34,466 bases of DNA, taken from assembly GCA_035504785.1 (NCBI GenBank), contig DATJRL010000023.1, positions 1 through 34,466 of the forward strand, written 5' to 3'. The translations under genes were made by a program, and so were the position numbers. Source of the DNA: Caulobacteraceae bacterium. GTDB lineage: Bacteria; Pseudomonadota; Alphaproteobacteria; Caulobacterales; Caulobacteraceae. Below the pieces are notes generated by a model that saw nothing but the letters and a program-made list of their open reading frames with translations, ran no database searches and was not told the origin of the DNA. Below are positions 9,290 to 18,006 of the stretch, in pieces. The stretch's first letter is position 1. Every line of letters starts with the position of its first letter.

Positions 9290-9616
9290 TTAGTAGCCGG
9301 CGTCGGCTCCGAGATCGTAGTCGAGCCGCGATCTCAGCAGCGAGAGGCGCGAGTTGATGTCGCGCACCTGCCAGTCGGCCCGACCCTCGTCGGTATAGCG
9401 CGCGTCCAGGTTGACGATCTGGTTCAACTCGGTGCGCAGGCGCTGCGCCTGGTCGTAGCTGAGGTCGCCGCGATCGAGACCATCGGCGATTCGGTCGCGG
9501 ATGACCGCTTCGCGATGGCCGGTGCCGGTCCCCTGGTCGTAGTAGCTTTGAGCGAACGCCGGCGCCGACATGATCAACGCGCCGCCCACGCTCAGGATAG
9601 TTAGAGCCTTTAGCAT
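9290..9616 (-). CDS. Small secreted helical hypothetical protein
   Basis: Sec signal MLKALTILSVGGALIMSAPAFA-Q, then an amphipathic helical mature region (RI..GL.RGDLS..QA.RLR.EL). GAGGA RBS. Confidence 0.75.
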   Translation of the reverse strand: MLKALTILSVGGALIMSAPAFAQSYYDQGTGTGHREAVIRDRIADGLDRGDLSYDQAQRLRTELNQIVNLDARYTDEGRADWQVRDINSRLSLLRSRLDYDLGADAGY

Positions 9617-9672
9617 AACATCTTCCTCTGACGGCATGATTGGAGACGGTTATCGCCGTCACCGTGTCAGGA

Positions 9673-9697
9673 AACGCGAATGACAGGTCAGCGTTCC
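9673..9697 (-). promoter_or_regulatory. EcfG/SigT (general stress response) promoter
   Basis: Minus strand GGAAC-N16-CGTT (GGAAC gctgacctgtcattcg CGTT), matching the alphaproteobacterial EcfG consensus, about 57 nt before the ATG at 9616. Confidence 0.75.
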
Positions 9698-9778
9698 GCC
9701 AACGCAGAGCGGCGCGTCATCTATAACTCTACCATAACATAGGCTTGACTATACATTAGACGCCCAGAGATGCGGCGT

Positions 9779-11299
9779 CTACGCCCGCGCCCTGACCGGG
9801 CGACCTTGCAATGCCGCCCCGGCGTCGGCCGGCAGCACGTAGAAGAAGATCGCCGATATCAGGGCCACGCCGCCGAGGATCAGGAACGCGGGCTCGATGA
9901 TCGCCGCCGTGACGTGCCGGGTGTGGGCCTGGGCCTCCAGGAAGTTGAGCAGCACCGCCGCGAAGCCGATGCCGATGCTTTGCGCCAGCCGCTGGCCCAT
10001 CGTCGACATCGTCGAGGCGCGGCTCATCTGGGGCTGATCGATGTCGGCGAAGCCGAGGCCATTGAGGGCGGTGAACTGCAGCGAGCGGAAGAACCCGCCG
10101 GTGAGCAGTATCATGTAGATTAGCCAATGCGGCGTGGTCTTCGTCACGATCGCGTAGGCCATGAACGACACGCCCACGATGATCGCGTTCACGCTCAGCG
10201 TGGTCCGGAACCCGAAGCGGGCGAGGATCGGGGGAGCGGTCGTCTTCATCACCAGCGCCGCGGCGGCGCTGGCGAAGGTCATCGACGCCGCCTGCAGCGC
10301 GGACATCCCGAACGCCACCTGCAGCAGCAGCGCCAGCAGGAAGGGCGTCGCGCCCACCCCCATCCGCATGAACGTGCCGCCGACGACCGAGGCGAAGAAG
10401 GTCGGGATCTTGAACAGGCTGAGGTCGAGAATGGCGTGAGGCGTGCGCTTGGCGTGCCAGGCGTAGATCAGCAGGAACGCCATGCCGCCGCCGAGCAGCG
10501 TCGCCGTCTGCCAAAGCGGCGTTCGGGCGTGGCCGAGGTTCTCGAAACCGAACACCACCGCGGCCAGGCCGATGCCGGTGAGGATCATGCCGAGCCAGTC
10601 CAGCTTTGGCGCATCCTCTTCCGTGATCTCGGGGATGAACCTCGTGACCAGCACCAAGCCCATCGCGGCGATGGGCAGGTTGAGGAAGAAGATCCAGCGC
10701 CAGGAGACATAGGTGACGATGAAGCCGCCGATCAGCGGCCCGATCACCGGCCCCAGCAGCGAGGGCATGGTCAGAACCGACATCGCCCGCACCAGGTCGT
10801 GCTTCGGCGTCGTGCGCAGCAGCACGAGCCGCCCGACCGGCCCCATCAGCGCGCCCGCCGCGCCCTCCGCCGCCCGCGCCAGCAACAACTCGGGCAGGTT
10901 GGCGGCGAAGCCGCAGGCCGCGCAGCTGGCGGCGTAAAGGGCGATGGCGATCAGGAACACGCGCTTGGCGCCGAACCGGTCGGCGGCCCAGCCGCTCACC
11001 GGCAGGAACACCGCCAGCGCCAGCATGTAGACGCTGATCGTGGTGTTCAACTGCACCGGATCGACGCGCAACGTCACCGCCATCGATGGCAGCGCGTTGG
11101 CGATCACCGTGGCGCTGAGCGTCTGCATCAGGTTGGCGGCGCCGATGATGGCGGGCACCAGGCTCGAGAACGGCTTGGCCGCATCGTCCGCGATCCGCGG
11201 CCCCGGCGCGGGTTCGCCCTCCAGGTCGGCGGCGATCTCGGTCTCGACCGAACGGCGCTCGGCGAGCTGCGAGGCGCGGAGGGCGACGTCGTCGGCCAT
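9779..11299 (-). CDS. DHA2-family (EmrB/QacA-like) MFS efflux transporter
   Basis: About 14 hydrophobic segments, motif A GWAADRFGAKR, antiporter motif GPVIGPLIGG, and WRWIFFLNLP. Confidence 0.9.
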   Translation of the reverse strand: MADDVALRASQLAERRSVETEIAADLEGEPAPGPRIADDAAKPFSSLVPAIIGAANLMQTLSATVIANALPSMAVTLRVDPVQLNTTISVYMLALAVFLPVSGWAADRFGAKRVFLIAIALYAASCAACGFAANLPELLLARAAEGAAGALMGPVGRLVLLRTTPKHDLVRAMSVLTMPSLLGPVIGPLIGGFIVTYVSWRWIFFLNLPIAAMGLVLVTRFIPEITEEDAPKLDWLGMILTGIGLAAVVFGFENLGHARTPLWQTATLLGGGMAFLLIYAWHAKRTPHAILDLSLFKIPTFFASVVGGTFMRMGVGATPFLLALLLQVAFGMSALQAASMTFASAAAALVMKTTAPPILARFGFRTTLSVNAIIVGVSFMAYAIVTKTTPHWLIYMILLTGGFFRSLQFTALNGLGFADIDQPQMSRASTMSTMGQRLAQSIGIGFAAVLLNFLEAQAHTRHVTAAIIEPAFLILGGVALISAIFFYVLPADAGAALQGRPVRARA

Positions 11300-11748
11300 C
11301 AGCGATCCTCGGCCAGCCGCGCCAGGGGCCCGGCGGCGCCCGAGAGCGCAGCGCGCTCGGCAGCGCTCAGCCGCGACAGGCGCGCGGCCAGCCAGTCGTT
11401 GCGGCGACGGCGAATGGCGTCGAGCGCCTTGACGCCCTGAGCGGTGAGCGAAAGACCGACTCGGCGCTTGTCGTCGCTGGCCGCCGCGGCCCGCCCGATC
11501 CAGCCCGCCTGCTCCAGGCGCTTCACGTGACCGCTCATCGAGGCCCGCGTCATCTGCTCGAGGTCGGCCAGCTCGCTGACGCCGATGCCGGCGTTCTTCT
11601 TGATCACGCCGAGCAGCTGGGCGTCGAGCGCCGACGCGCCGGCGCGCTGGGCCTCGCGGCGGAGGGCGCGGGACGCCCGCAGCAGCGCCGGCCGCAAGGC
11701 CTCGGCGAGGGCGTGGATGTCCTTCGAGACAGGCGCGACGGCGTTCAT
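11299..11748 (-). CDS. MarR-family transcriptional regulator
   Basis: Winged HTH (VSELA..EQM.R.SMS..VKRLEQ.GWI.R) and DKR wing motif. Its stop overlaps the MFS start (TGATG). Alternative TTG start at 11757. Confidence 0.9.
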   Translation of the reverse strand: MNAVAPVSKDIHALAEALRPALLRASRALRREAQRAGASALDAQLLGVIKKNAGIGVSELADLEQMTRASMSGHVKRLEQAGWIGRAAAASDDKRRVGLSLTAQGVKALDAIRRRRNDWLAARLSRLSAAERAALSGAAGPLARLAEDR

Positions 11749-11766
11749 GCGATCCAAGGCGAAAGA

Positions 11767-11785
11767 TAGTTAGGTACCCTAACTA
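11767..11785. promoter_or_regulatory. Palindromic operator, probably the MarR autoregulatory site
   Basis: Perfect inverted repeat TAGTTAGG-TAC-CCTAACTA, AT-rich, about 20 nt upstream of the marR ATG. Confidence 0.75.
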
Positions 11786-11909
11786 ACAGTCTCCGGCTCG
11801 CTTGCAAAGCCCGCTCGACCGCTCTGCGACGAGGGGCCGCCATGCTACAAGCCCGCGTGGTGGAGGCGATCACCGCCAGAGCGCTGGCGGCCAGGTCCGC
11901 CGAACAGGC

Positions 11910-12809
11910 CTAGGCCGGCTGCGAGTTCGGCGGCAGGGATTGTCCGCGCTGAGCGACGACGATCCCCGCCAGCGCAACGCCCGCCCCGACAGTCTGCAGC
12001 CAAGTCAGGGTTTCGCCGAACATAAGGTAAGCCAGCAGCGCCGCGGCGACCGGCTGCACCAGCACCGTCACCGCGGCGGTCGACGCCGGCAGCCGGCCGA
12101 GCGCCCAGGCGATCGAGCCCTGACCGAAGACATGCGCCAGCCCGAGACCCGCCACGGCGGCCCACCCGAGCGCGGTGGCCGGGAGGATCGCCTCGTGCAT
12201 CGCCAGCGCTGTCGCCATCAACAGCGGCGCCCCGACCAGGGCCGACCACAACATCACCGTCATCGTCGCGTGCGTCTGCCGCGCGCTGCGGATGGCCAGG
12301 AAATAGAAGGCGTACCAGAGCGCGGTGGCCGCGGAGAGCAGGTCGCCGACGTGCGGCAGCGGTCCAGGCCGGGAGGGCGCGGCGGCCTCGGCCATCGCCA
12401 CCGCTCCCGCGATAGCCCCCGCCATGCCGACGACGAACAGCGGCCGCGGTCGTTCCTTGAACGCGAACCATCCGACCAGGGTGACGACGATCGGGGTCAG
12501 GTTGGGAAGCACGGTGGCGTTGGCGACGCTGGTGTAGCGTATGCCGTAGTGCCAGCAGCCGAGGTCGAGGGCGAAGAAGATCCCGGCCAGCACCATGGCG
12601 CGGCTCGGCGTCCCTAACCCACCGGTTCGCACTCCCGCGAGCATCGCCAGCAGCGGCGCCGCGAACGTCAGCCGCCAAAACCCGGCGGCCGCCGGACCGC
12701 ACGCCGCCAGACGGACCAGGATCGGCGTCGTCCCGATGACCAGGGCTCCGAACACCAGTCCGGCCAGCGCCAGGCGCGCGTCGTCACGGCGAAGGGCGAT
12801 GGCGGTCAT
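11910..12809 (-). CDS. EamA/DMT family transporter
   Basis: About 10 TM helices in two EamA-like repeats (TSVANATVL..LTP; QPV.AALLAY..FGE.L). GAAGGAG RBS before ATG 12809. Confidence 0.88.
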   Translation of the reverse strand: MTAIALRRDDARLALAGLVFGALVIGTTPILVRLAACGPAAAGFWRLTFAAPLLAMLAGVRTGGLGTPSRAMVLAGIFFALDLGCWHYGIRYTSVANATVLPNLTPIVVTLVGWFAFKERPRPLFVVGMAGAIAGAVAMAEAAAPSRPGPLPHVGDLLSAATALWYAFYFLAIRSARQTHATMTVMLWSALVGAPLLMATALAMHEAILPATALGWAAVAGLGLAHVFGQGSIAWALGRLPASTAAVTVLVQPVAAALLAYLMFGETLTWLQTVGAGVALAGIVVAQRGQSLPPNSQPA

Positions 12810-12902
12810 GGCTCCTTCAACCCCGGCCGCGCCGCGCCGTCCAGTTGCGGGGCAGAGACGCACCCCGTCTAGATGCGCCTCGGGATCAAACCGAACCGCC
12901 CG

Positions 12903-13044
12903 ACCCTTCCCCTTCCGGGAAAGCGGCGCGCCGCGCGAAGCACGCGTCGCCGATGGGGGAAGTCACTCACGGACCCGGGGACGTCCCCCATCGGCCGCTC
13001 CCTCGCTCCGCGAGGTTCGGGCGCGTTCCCCAGAGGGGAAGGGT
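12903..13044. repeat. Nested palindromic REP/MITE-like intergenic element
   Basis: Outer inverted repeat ACCCTTCCCCT (12903-12913) / AGGGGAAGGGT (13034-13044). Inner inverted repeat GCCGATGGGGGA (12949-12960) / TCCCCCATCGGC (12984-12995). Confidence 0.7.
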
Positions 13045-13072
13045 TCGATTCGGTCTGCCGCGCGGGGGGGCG

Positions 13073-14833
13073 TCAGAAGCCCGGGTAGTACCGGAAGCTG
13101 GTGAAGAACATGTCGTCGTTGGTCTTCGGCTTCGTCGCGAGCAACAGGTTCGAGGCCGTGTAGCCCGGGAAGGCGGTCAGATCCGTGTGAGAATACTGCA
13201 GCCCAACCCGCACGGAACCGAACTTGCCGGTGTAGACCTTGTCCCACAGGCCGCCGGTAATCTGGTCGATCTGCTGGGTGTCGAGCGTGGCGCAGGACCC
13301 GCCTTCGATATCGCAGCCCGCGCCCAGGACGGCGTTCGCATACCCGTAGCCGAAGACCTGCGAGCCGATCTTTTCGACGCCGGTGCTGTTCTGGCGCTCG
13401 TCACCATAGAAGGCGTAGAGATCCAGCGTCGGCGTCGCATGCAGGGTGCCGCCGACCAGCCACATGGTCTCGCCGATTGGCTGCAGAGAGCCGTTCGCCG
13501 ACTCGAGCGTGTCGGGCAGTTGGCCGCTCCCGTAGCGGCCGAGGCCCTTGCCCGTGAGCACGGAGCCTTGCACGTCGAGAAGATGCGGCACGACGGTCCA
13601 GGTGACGCCGCCGCCGACGCCGCCGCCGCTCGTATCGATGTTCTTGCAGGTGGCGTTGGCCCCGCCGGAGAGGCAGTTGCCGGTGATGGCGACGCCGACG
13701 GTGTTGGCCGAGGTGTAGGTGACCCGGTCATAGTAGTCGCGCCAGAGACCGAACACCTCGAGGTGCAACGGCTGTGCCCCCCCGATCAGCGGCTCGAAGG
13801 CGAGCTTGCCGACGATGTCGGGATAGTGGTTCTCCGAGTAGCTCACCTGGTTGTTGAGCAGGGAGATGCCGGCGTTGTTGACGTTGGCCGACACGCCGGT
13901 CGCCAGCAGGGAGGTCCCGCCTTCAGCGCTGGTCGCGACGGTGGTCTGCGGGTTCTCGAAGGAGACCGCGGCCCAGACCTGCTTGTCGTCGAAGTCCTTC
14001 ACGAACCTGAGCTGAGGCTGGCGCGCCCAGACGAAGCCGGCGACGTACTGCGCCTCGATGGTCGGCGGTATGATCTCGCTTCGAGGCGAGATGCCCTTGC
14101 CGTTCATCGTGACGAGCGACCAGGTCTGCCCGGCGAGCACGTGGAAGCCTAAGGCGTCCCAGTCCACCGTTCCGTACATATGCCGGATCCGCGGCTGGTA
14201 TGAGTTGCTCTCGTTGGAGTTCGCCGTCTGGCCCGCGCCAAGGAAGTCGAACTCGCCGTAGAAGGCGGCGTGGGTGTCCGGGTCCACGTCGCCCTGGACC
14301 AGCACCGAGATGCGGCTCTGGCGGGCGGTGAACCGCAGCTCGTCCTCGTGCGCGGACGTCGAGCTGAGGTAGGGGATCTTGGAGTAGTTCGACCCGATGT
14401 CGGCGACGTCGTTGCGGCTCCTGTAAACCGTTTCGAGGGCCGAGAACCCGCCCAGCGTCACCTTGACGTTGCCGGGCTTCGGCAGCTTCGCGGCGACCTG
14501 CTCGCTGACCGCGCCGGGGATGGTCTCGATCTGGGCCTGAACCTGCTGCTCGGCGCGCTCGGCGCGGGCGTCCGCCTGCGCCAGTTGACCCTGCAGCGCC
14601 TGGACCTGTTCCTGCGTTTGCTGACGCGCCGCGGCCTCCTGGTCTTCGCGGGCCTGAAGGGCGTCCACCTGCGCCTTCAGAGTTTCGACTTCGCTCCTCA
14701 GACCGTCGTCGACCGGCGGCGGCGCGACGTGGTGCTTCTTGTGGTGCGCGGCCGCGTTGGCGGCCGGCGTCAGCGCTAAGGCGAGCAATGCGCCAAGCGC
14801 GGCCCCGCCGAACAGCGAGGTTCTTATGGTCAT
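13073..14833 (-). CDS. Outer-membrane beta-barrel channel, DcaP-like, with N-terminal coiled coil
   Basis: Signal peptide, then a Q/E/A-rich coiled coil. Motifs TARQSR, YGEFDF, RIRHMYG, GQTWSL and RQPQLRF resemble DcaP-type porins. Alternating amphipathic strands and a C-terminal aromatic FRYYPGF. Confidence 0.75.
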   Translation of the reverse strand: MTIRTSLFGGAALGALLALALTPAANAAAHHKKHHVAPPPVDDGLRSEVETLKAQVDALQAREDQEAAARQQTQEQVQALQGQLAQADARAERAEQQVQAQIETIPGAVSEQVAAKLPKPGNVKVTLGGFSALETVYRSRNDVADIGSNYSKIPYLSSTSAHEDELRFTARQSRISVLVQGDVDPDTHAAFYGEFDFLGAGQTANSNESNSYQPRIRHMYGTVDWDALGFHVLAGQTWSLVTMNGKGISPRSEIIPPTIEAQYVAGFVWARQPQLRFVKDFDDKQVWAAVSFENPQTTVATSAEGGTSLLATGVSANVNNAGISLLNNQVSYSENHYPDIVGKLAFEPLIGGAQPLHLEVFGLWRDYYDRVTYTSANTVGVAITGNCLSGGANATCKNIDTSGGGVGGGVTWTVVPHLLDVQGSVLTGKGLGRYGSGQLPDTLESANGSLQPIGETMWLVGGTLHATPTLDLYAFYGDERQNSTGVEKIGSQVFGYGYANAVLGAGCDIEGGSCATLDTQQIDQITGGLWDKVYTGKFGSVRVGLQYSHTDLTAFPGYTASNLLLATKPKTNDDMFFTSFRYYPGF

Positions 14834-14906
14834 GAGTTGGAGTCCCCTCGTATTCGACTCGCCGCCCCGACGCGGCCGCGCCGGCTGGGCGAGTCCGATG
14901 CCGAGC

Positions 14907-14962
14907 CCATTAGCGCCGACGTGTAACGGTCAGGGGACAGTATTGTGACGCTTGAATGACGG
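14907..14962 (-). promoter_or_regulatory. Pho-box array (4 half-sites) plus -10 element driving the porin gene
   Basis: Minus strand CCGTCAT-tcaa-GCGTCAC-aata-CTGTCCC-ctga-CCGTTAC at an exact 11-bp period (consensus CTGTCAT-N4), then 10 nt, then TAATGG preceded by GC. Confidence 0.8.
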
Positions 14963-14976
14963 TAACGCGCCGGCTC

Positions 14977-15010
14977 GTGTCACAAAACCGATAACCACCA
15001 CGGCTAGAGG
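14977..15010 (+). promoter_or_regulatory. Pho box plus -10 element of the pstS operon
   Basis: GTGTCAC-aaaa-CCGATAA (14977-14994), a 10-nt spacer, then TAGAGG (15005-15010). Same geometry as PhoB-activated promoters. Confidence 0.7.
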
Positions 15011-15060
15011 ACGTCCCGGGAGCGGCATGGAACGGGGCTCGCTCCATTCGGGAGAAGAGC

Positions 15061-16098
15061 ATGTTGAAGAAACTCGCGGCTGGATTCGCCGGTATCGCGG
15101 CGGCGGCCGTATGCACGGGCGCGCTGGCCGCCGACATCTCCGGGGCGGGGGCCACCTTCCCGGCGCCGGTGTACCAAAAGTGGGCTGAAACCTATAAGGC
15201 CCAGACCGGCAACCAGCTGAATTACCAGCCGATCGGGTCGGGCGGCGGGATCAAGCAGATCGAGGCCAGCACCGTCGATTTCGGCGCCTCTGACAAGCCG
15301 CTGACTCCGGACGTGCTCGCCGCCAACGGGCTGCAGCAGTTTCCGACCGTGATCGGCGGCGTCGTGCCCGTGGTCAATCTGCCGGGAATACAGCCGGGCG
15401 GAATCAAGATGACCGGCCCGATTCTCTCCGACATATATCGCGGCCTGATCGTCTACTGGGACGATCCGCACCTGACGGGGCTCAACCCCGGCCTCAAGCT
15501 GCCGCACGAAAAGATCACGGTCGTTCACCGCTCCGACGGGTCGGGCACCTCGTTCCTGTTCACGAGCTACCTCACGATCATGGGGCCGAGCTGGGCGAAG
15601 GACGTCGGCGCCAGCGACTCGCCGAACTGGCCGACCGGCATCGGCGGCAAGGGCAATGACGGCGTGGCCGCGCTGACCCGCCAGACCGAGGGCGCGATCG
15701 GCTATGTCGAATACGCCTACGCCAAACAGAACCACATGACCTACGCGCTGATGCAGAACAGGGATCGGCATTGGGTCACGCCGACCGCCGCCAACTTCGC
15801 CGCCGCGGCCGCCGGCGCCCAATGGACCAGCGCGCCCGGCTTCTACCTGCTGCTGCTGAACCAGCCGGGCGCCAACTCCTGGCCGATCACCGGCGCGACG
15901 TTCATCCTGATGCACAAGCACCAGACCAACGCCGCCGCGGCGCACAACGTGCTGGCTTTCTTCGATTGGGCCTACAAGAACGGCAACCCGGAGGCCGTGT
16001 CGCTCGACTACGTGCCCCTGCCGGACTCGGTTAAGGCGTTGATCCGCAAGTCCTGGAATACGATCCTCGGACCGGACGGCAAGCCGGTCTATCACTGA
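15061..16098 (+). CDS. pstS: Phosphate ABC transporter periplasmic binding protein
   Basis: Signal peptide; GAGATFP, GSGGG, DFGASD, RSDGSGTS, GKGNDGVA, IGYVE and WPITGATF. Confidence 0.97.
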   Translation: MLKKLAAGFAGIAAAAVCTGALAADISGAGATFPAPVYQKWAETYKAQTGNQLNYQPIGSGGGIKQIEASTVDFGASDKPLTPDVLAANGLQQFPTVIGGVVPVVNLPGIQPGGIKMTGPILSDIYRGLIVYWDDPHLTGLNPGLKLPHEKITVVHRSDGSGTSFLFTSYLTIMGPSWAKDVGASDSPNWPTGIGGKGNDGVAALTRQTEGAIGYVEYAYAKQNHMTYALMQNRDRHWVTPTAANFAAAAAGAQWTSAPGFYLLLLNQPGANSWPITGATFILMHKHQTNAAAAHNVLAFFDWAYKNGNPEAVSLDYVPLPDSVKALIRKSWNTILGPDGKPVYH

Positions 16099-16109
16099 TC
16101 CCTCTCGAC

Positions 16110-16144
16110 GGTCGGCGCGCTTCTCTCGCGAGGGCTCGCCGACC
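16110..16144 (+). terminator. Stem-loop between pstS and pstC (mRNA stabiliser or partial terminator)
   Basis: GGTCGGCG ... CGCCGACC stem directly after the pstS stop, with no U-tract. Confidence 0.5.
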
Positions 16145-16177
16145 AACCTCGCAAAAGAGTACGCCCGGCAACCCGCA

Positions 16178-17155
16178 ATGACAGAAGCCGCCGAGACCCG
16201 TCGCCCCGGCGTCGTCACGCGCTCCTCCCCTCGGGGCGCGGGGCTCGAAAAGCTGTTCGAGTACCTGTGCTTCAGCGCCGCGACCATGCTGCTGGTGACG
16301 CTGGGCGGGATTCTGGTCTCGCTCGTGATCGGCGGATGGCCGGCCTTCTCGAAGTTCGGGCTGTCCTTCTTCATCACCTCGACCTGGGACCCGGTCCAGG
16401 GGGTGTTCGGCGTCGCCGCGCTGATCGTCGACACGATCGTGGTCGCGATGCTCGCGCTATTGCTGGCGGTGCCGATCGCCTTTGGCGTGGCCTTCTTCCT
16501 GGTCGAGCTGTGCCCCCCGATCTTGCGGCGGCCGATCGGGACCGCCATCGAGCTTCTCGCCGGCATCCCCTCGATCGTCTACGGCATGTGGGGCCTGTTC
16601 GTGTTCGGCCCCGTCTTCGCGCACATCGTGGAGATGCCGCTGATGAACGCCGCGCCGCCCGGTTCCATCTGGGACAAGCTCACGCAGGGCGTGCCCAACG
16701 GCACCGGCATTCTCGCGGCGTCGATCATCGTCGCCATGATGGTGTTGCCGTTCATCGCCGCCACCCTGCGCGAGCTGCTGCTCACGGTCCCGCCTCAGGT
16801 GCGCGAGAGCGCCTACGGCCTCGGCGCCACGACCGGCGAGGTCGTGATGACGGTCACCCTGCCCTACGTCCGACGCGGCGCGATCGGCGCGGTGATGCTC
16901 GGGCTGGGCCGCGCGCTCGGCGAGACGATGGCGGTGACCTTCATCATCGGCAATGCGCACAACTTTCCGAAGAGCCTCTTCGATTCCGGCGCAACCATCG
17001 CCTCCACCATCGCCAACGAGTTTGCGGAAGCCACCACGCCCATGCACACCGCCGCGCTGCTCGCGTCGGGTCTCATCCTCTTCGTCATCACCTTCGCGGT
17101 GCTGGCGATGGCCCGCATGATGCTCGGACGTGGGCAAGAGAGCGTCGTCGCATGA
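16178..17155 (+). CDS. pstC: Phosphate ABC transporter permease
   Basis: ELLAGIPSIVYGMWG, EAA-like ESAYGLGAT, LGRALGETMAV and TIASTIANEF. Confidence 0.96.
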   Translation: MTEAAETRRPGVVTRSSPRGAGLEKLFEYLCFSAATMLLVTLGGILVSLVIGGWPAFSKFGLSFFITSTWDPVQGVFGVAALIVDTIVVAMLALLLAVPIAFGVAFFLVELCPPILRRPIGTAIELLAGIPSIVYGMWGLFVFGPVFAHIVEMPLMNAAPPGSIWDKLTQGVPNGTGILAASIIVAMMVLPFIAATLRELLLTVPPQVRESAYGLGATTGEVVMTVTLPYVRRGAIGAVMLGLGRALGETMAVTFIIGNAHNFPKSLFDSGATIASTIANEFAEATTPMHTAALLASGLILFVITFAVLAMARMMLGRGQESVVA

Positions 17156-18006
17156 CCGTCTCCGCCGCTCGCGTCGCCAGCCGCCGACTTTCGAACGGCG
17201 TCTTCGTCGGCTTCTGCTATTTCGTCACCGCGATCGCCCTGGCCTTCCTGGCCGCAGTGCTCTGGACCCTGATTCAGAAAGGCATTGGCGGCATATCGCT
17301 CGACACCTTCACCATGGACACCCCCGCTTCCGGCTCCCGCGGCGGGCTGCTGAACGCCATCATCGGCTCGATCCTGCTATGCGGGCTGGCGATGGCGATC
17401 GCCTTGTTCATCGGCATCCTCGCCGGCACCTGGCTCGCCGAGTACGCTGGCGACGGGCGCTACGGCAGCGCCGTGAGGTTCATCAACGACGTGCTGTTGT
17501 CCGCGCCCTCGATCCTCGTGGGCCTGTTCATCTGGTACCTGCTGGTGGCGCACCTGATTCACCACTTCTCCGGCATCGCCGGGAGTCTGGCGCTCTCGCT
17601 CATCGCCATCCCGGTGATCGCCCGCACCACCGAGGACGTCCTGCGCCTGCAGCCGACGTCCCTGCGCGAGTCGGGCGCCGCGCTCGGCACGCCGCTGTGG
17701 ACGGTGATCCGCGCCATCCTCTGGCGGGCGGGCGGCAGCGGCATCCTGACGGGCGCCTTGCTTGCGTTCGCGCGCATCAGCGGCGAAACCGCGCCGCTGC
17801 TGTTCACGGCGCTGAACAACCAGTTCCGCAGTTTCGACATGACGCACGAGATGGCCAACCTGCCGGTCGTCATGTTCAACGACGCCCTCTCCGCCTACGA
17901 TGACCTGGAGCGGCTGGCCTGGGCGGCGGCCCTGATCGTCTCGGTCTCGGTGCTGGGCGTGATCATCATCGCCCGCGTCCTCACCCGGGAGCAGAAGAGT
18001 CGATGA
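17152..18006 (+). CDS. pstA: Phosphate ABC transporter permease
   Basis: ATGA overlap with pstC; [26 protein letters not shown] and [11 protein letters not shown]. Confidence 0.96.
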   Translation: MTVSAARVASRRLSNGVFVGFCYFVTAIALAFLAAVLWTLIQKGIGGISLDTFTMDTPASGSRGGLLNAIIGSILLCGLAMAIALFIGILAGTWLAEYAGDGRYGSAVRFINDVLLSAPSILVGLFIWYLLVAHLIHHFSGIAGSLALSLIAIPVIARTTEDVLRLQPTSLRESGAALGTPLWTVIRAILWRAGGSGILTGALLAFARISGETAPLLFTALNNQFRSFDMTHEMANLPVVMFNDALSAYDDLERLAWAAALIVSVSVLGVIIIARVLTREQKSR

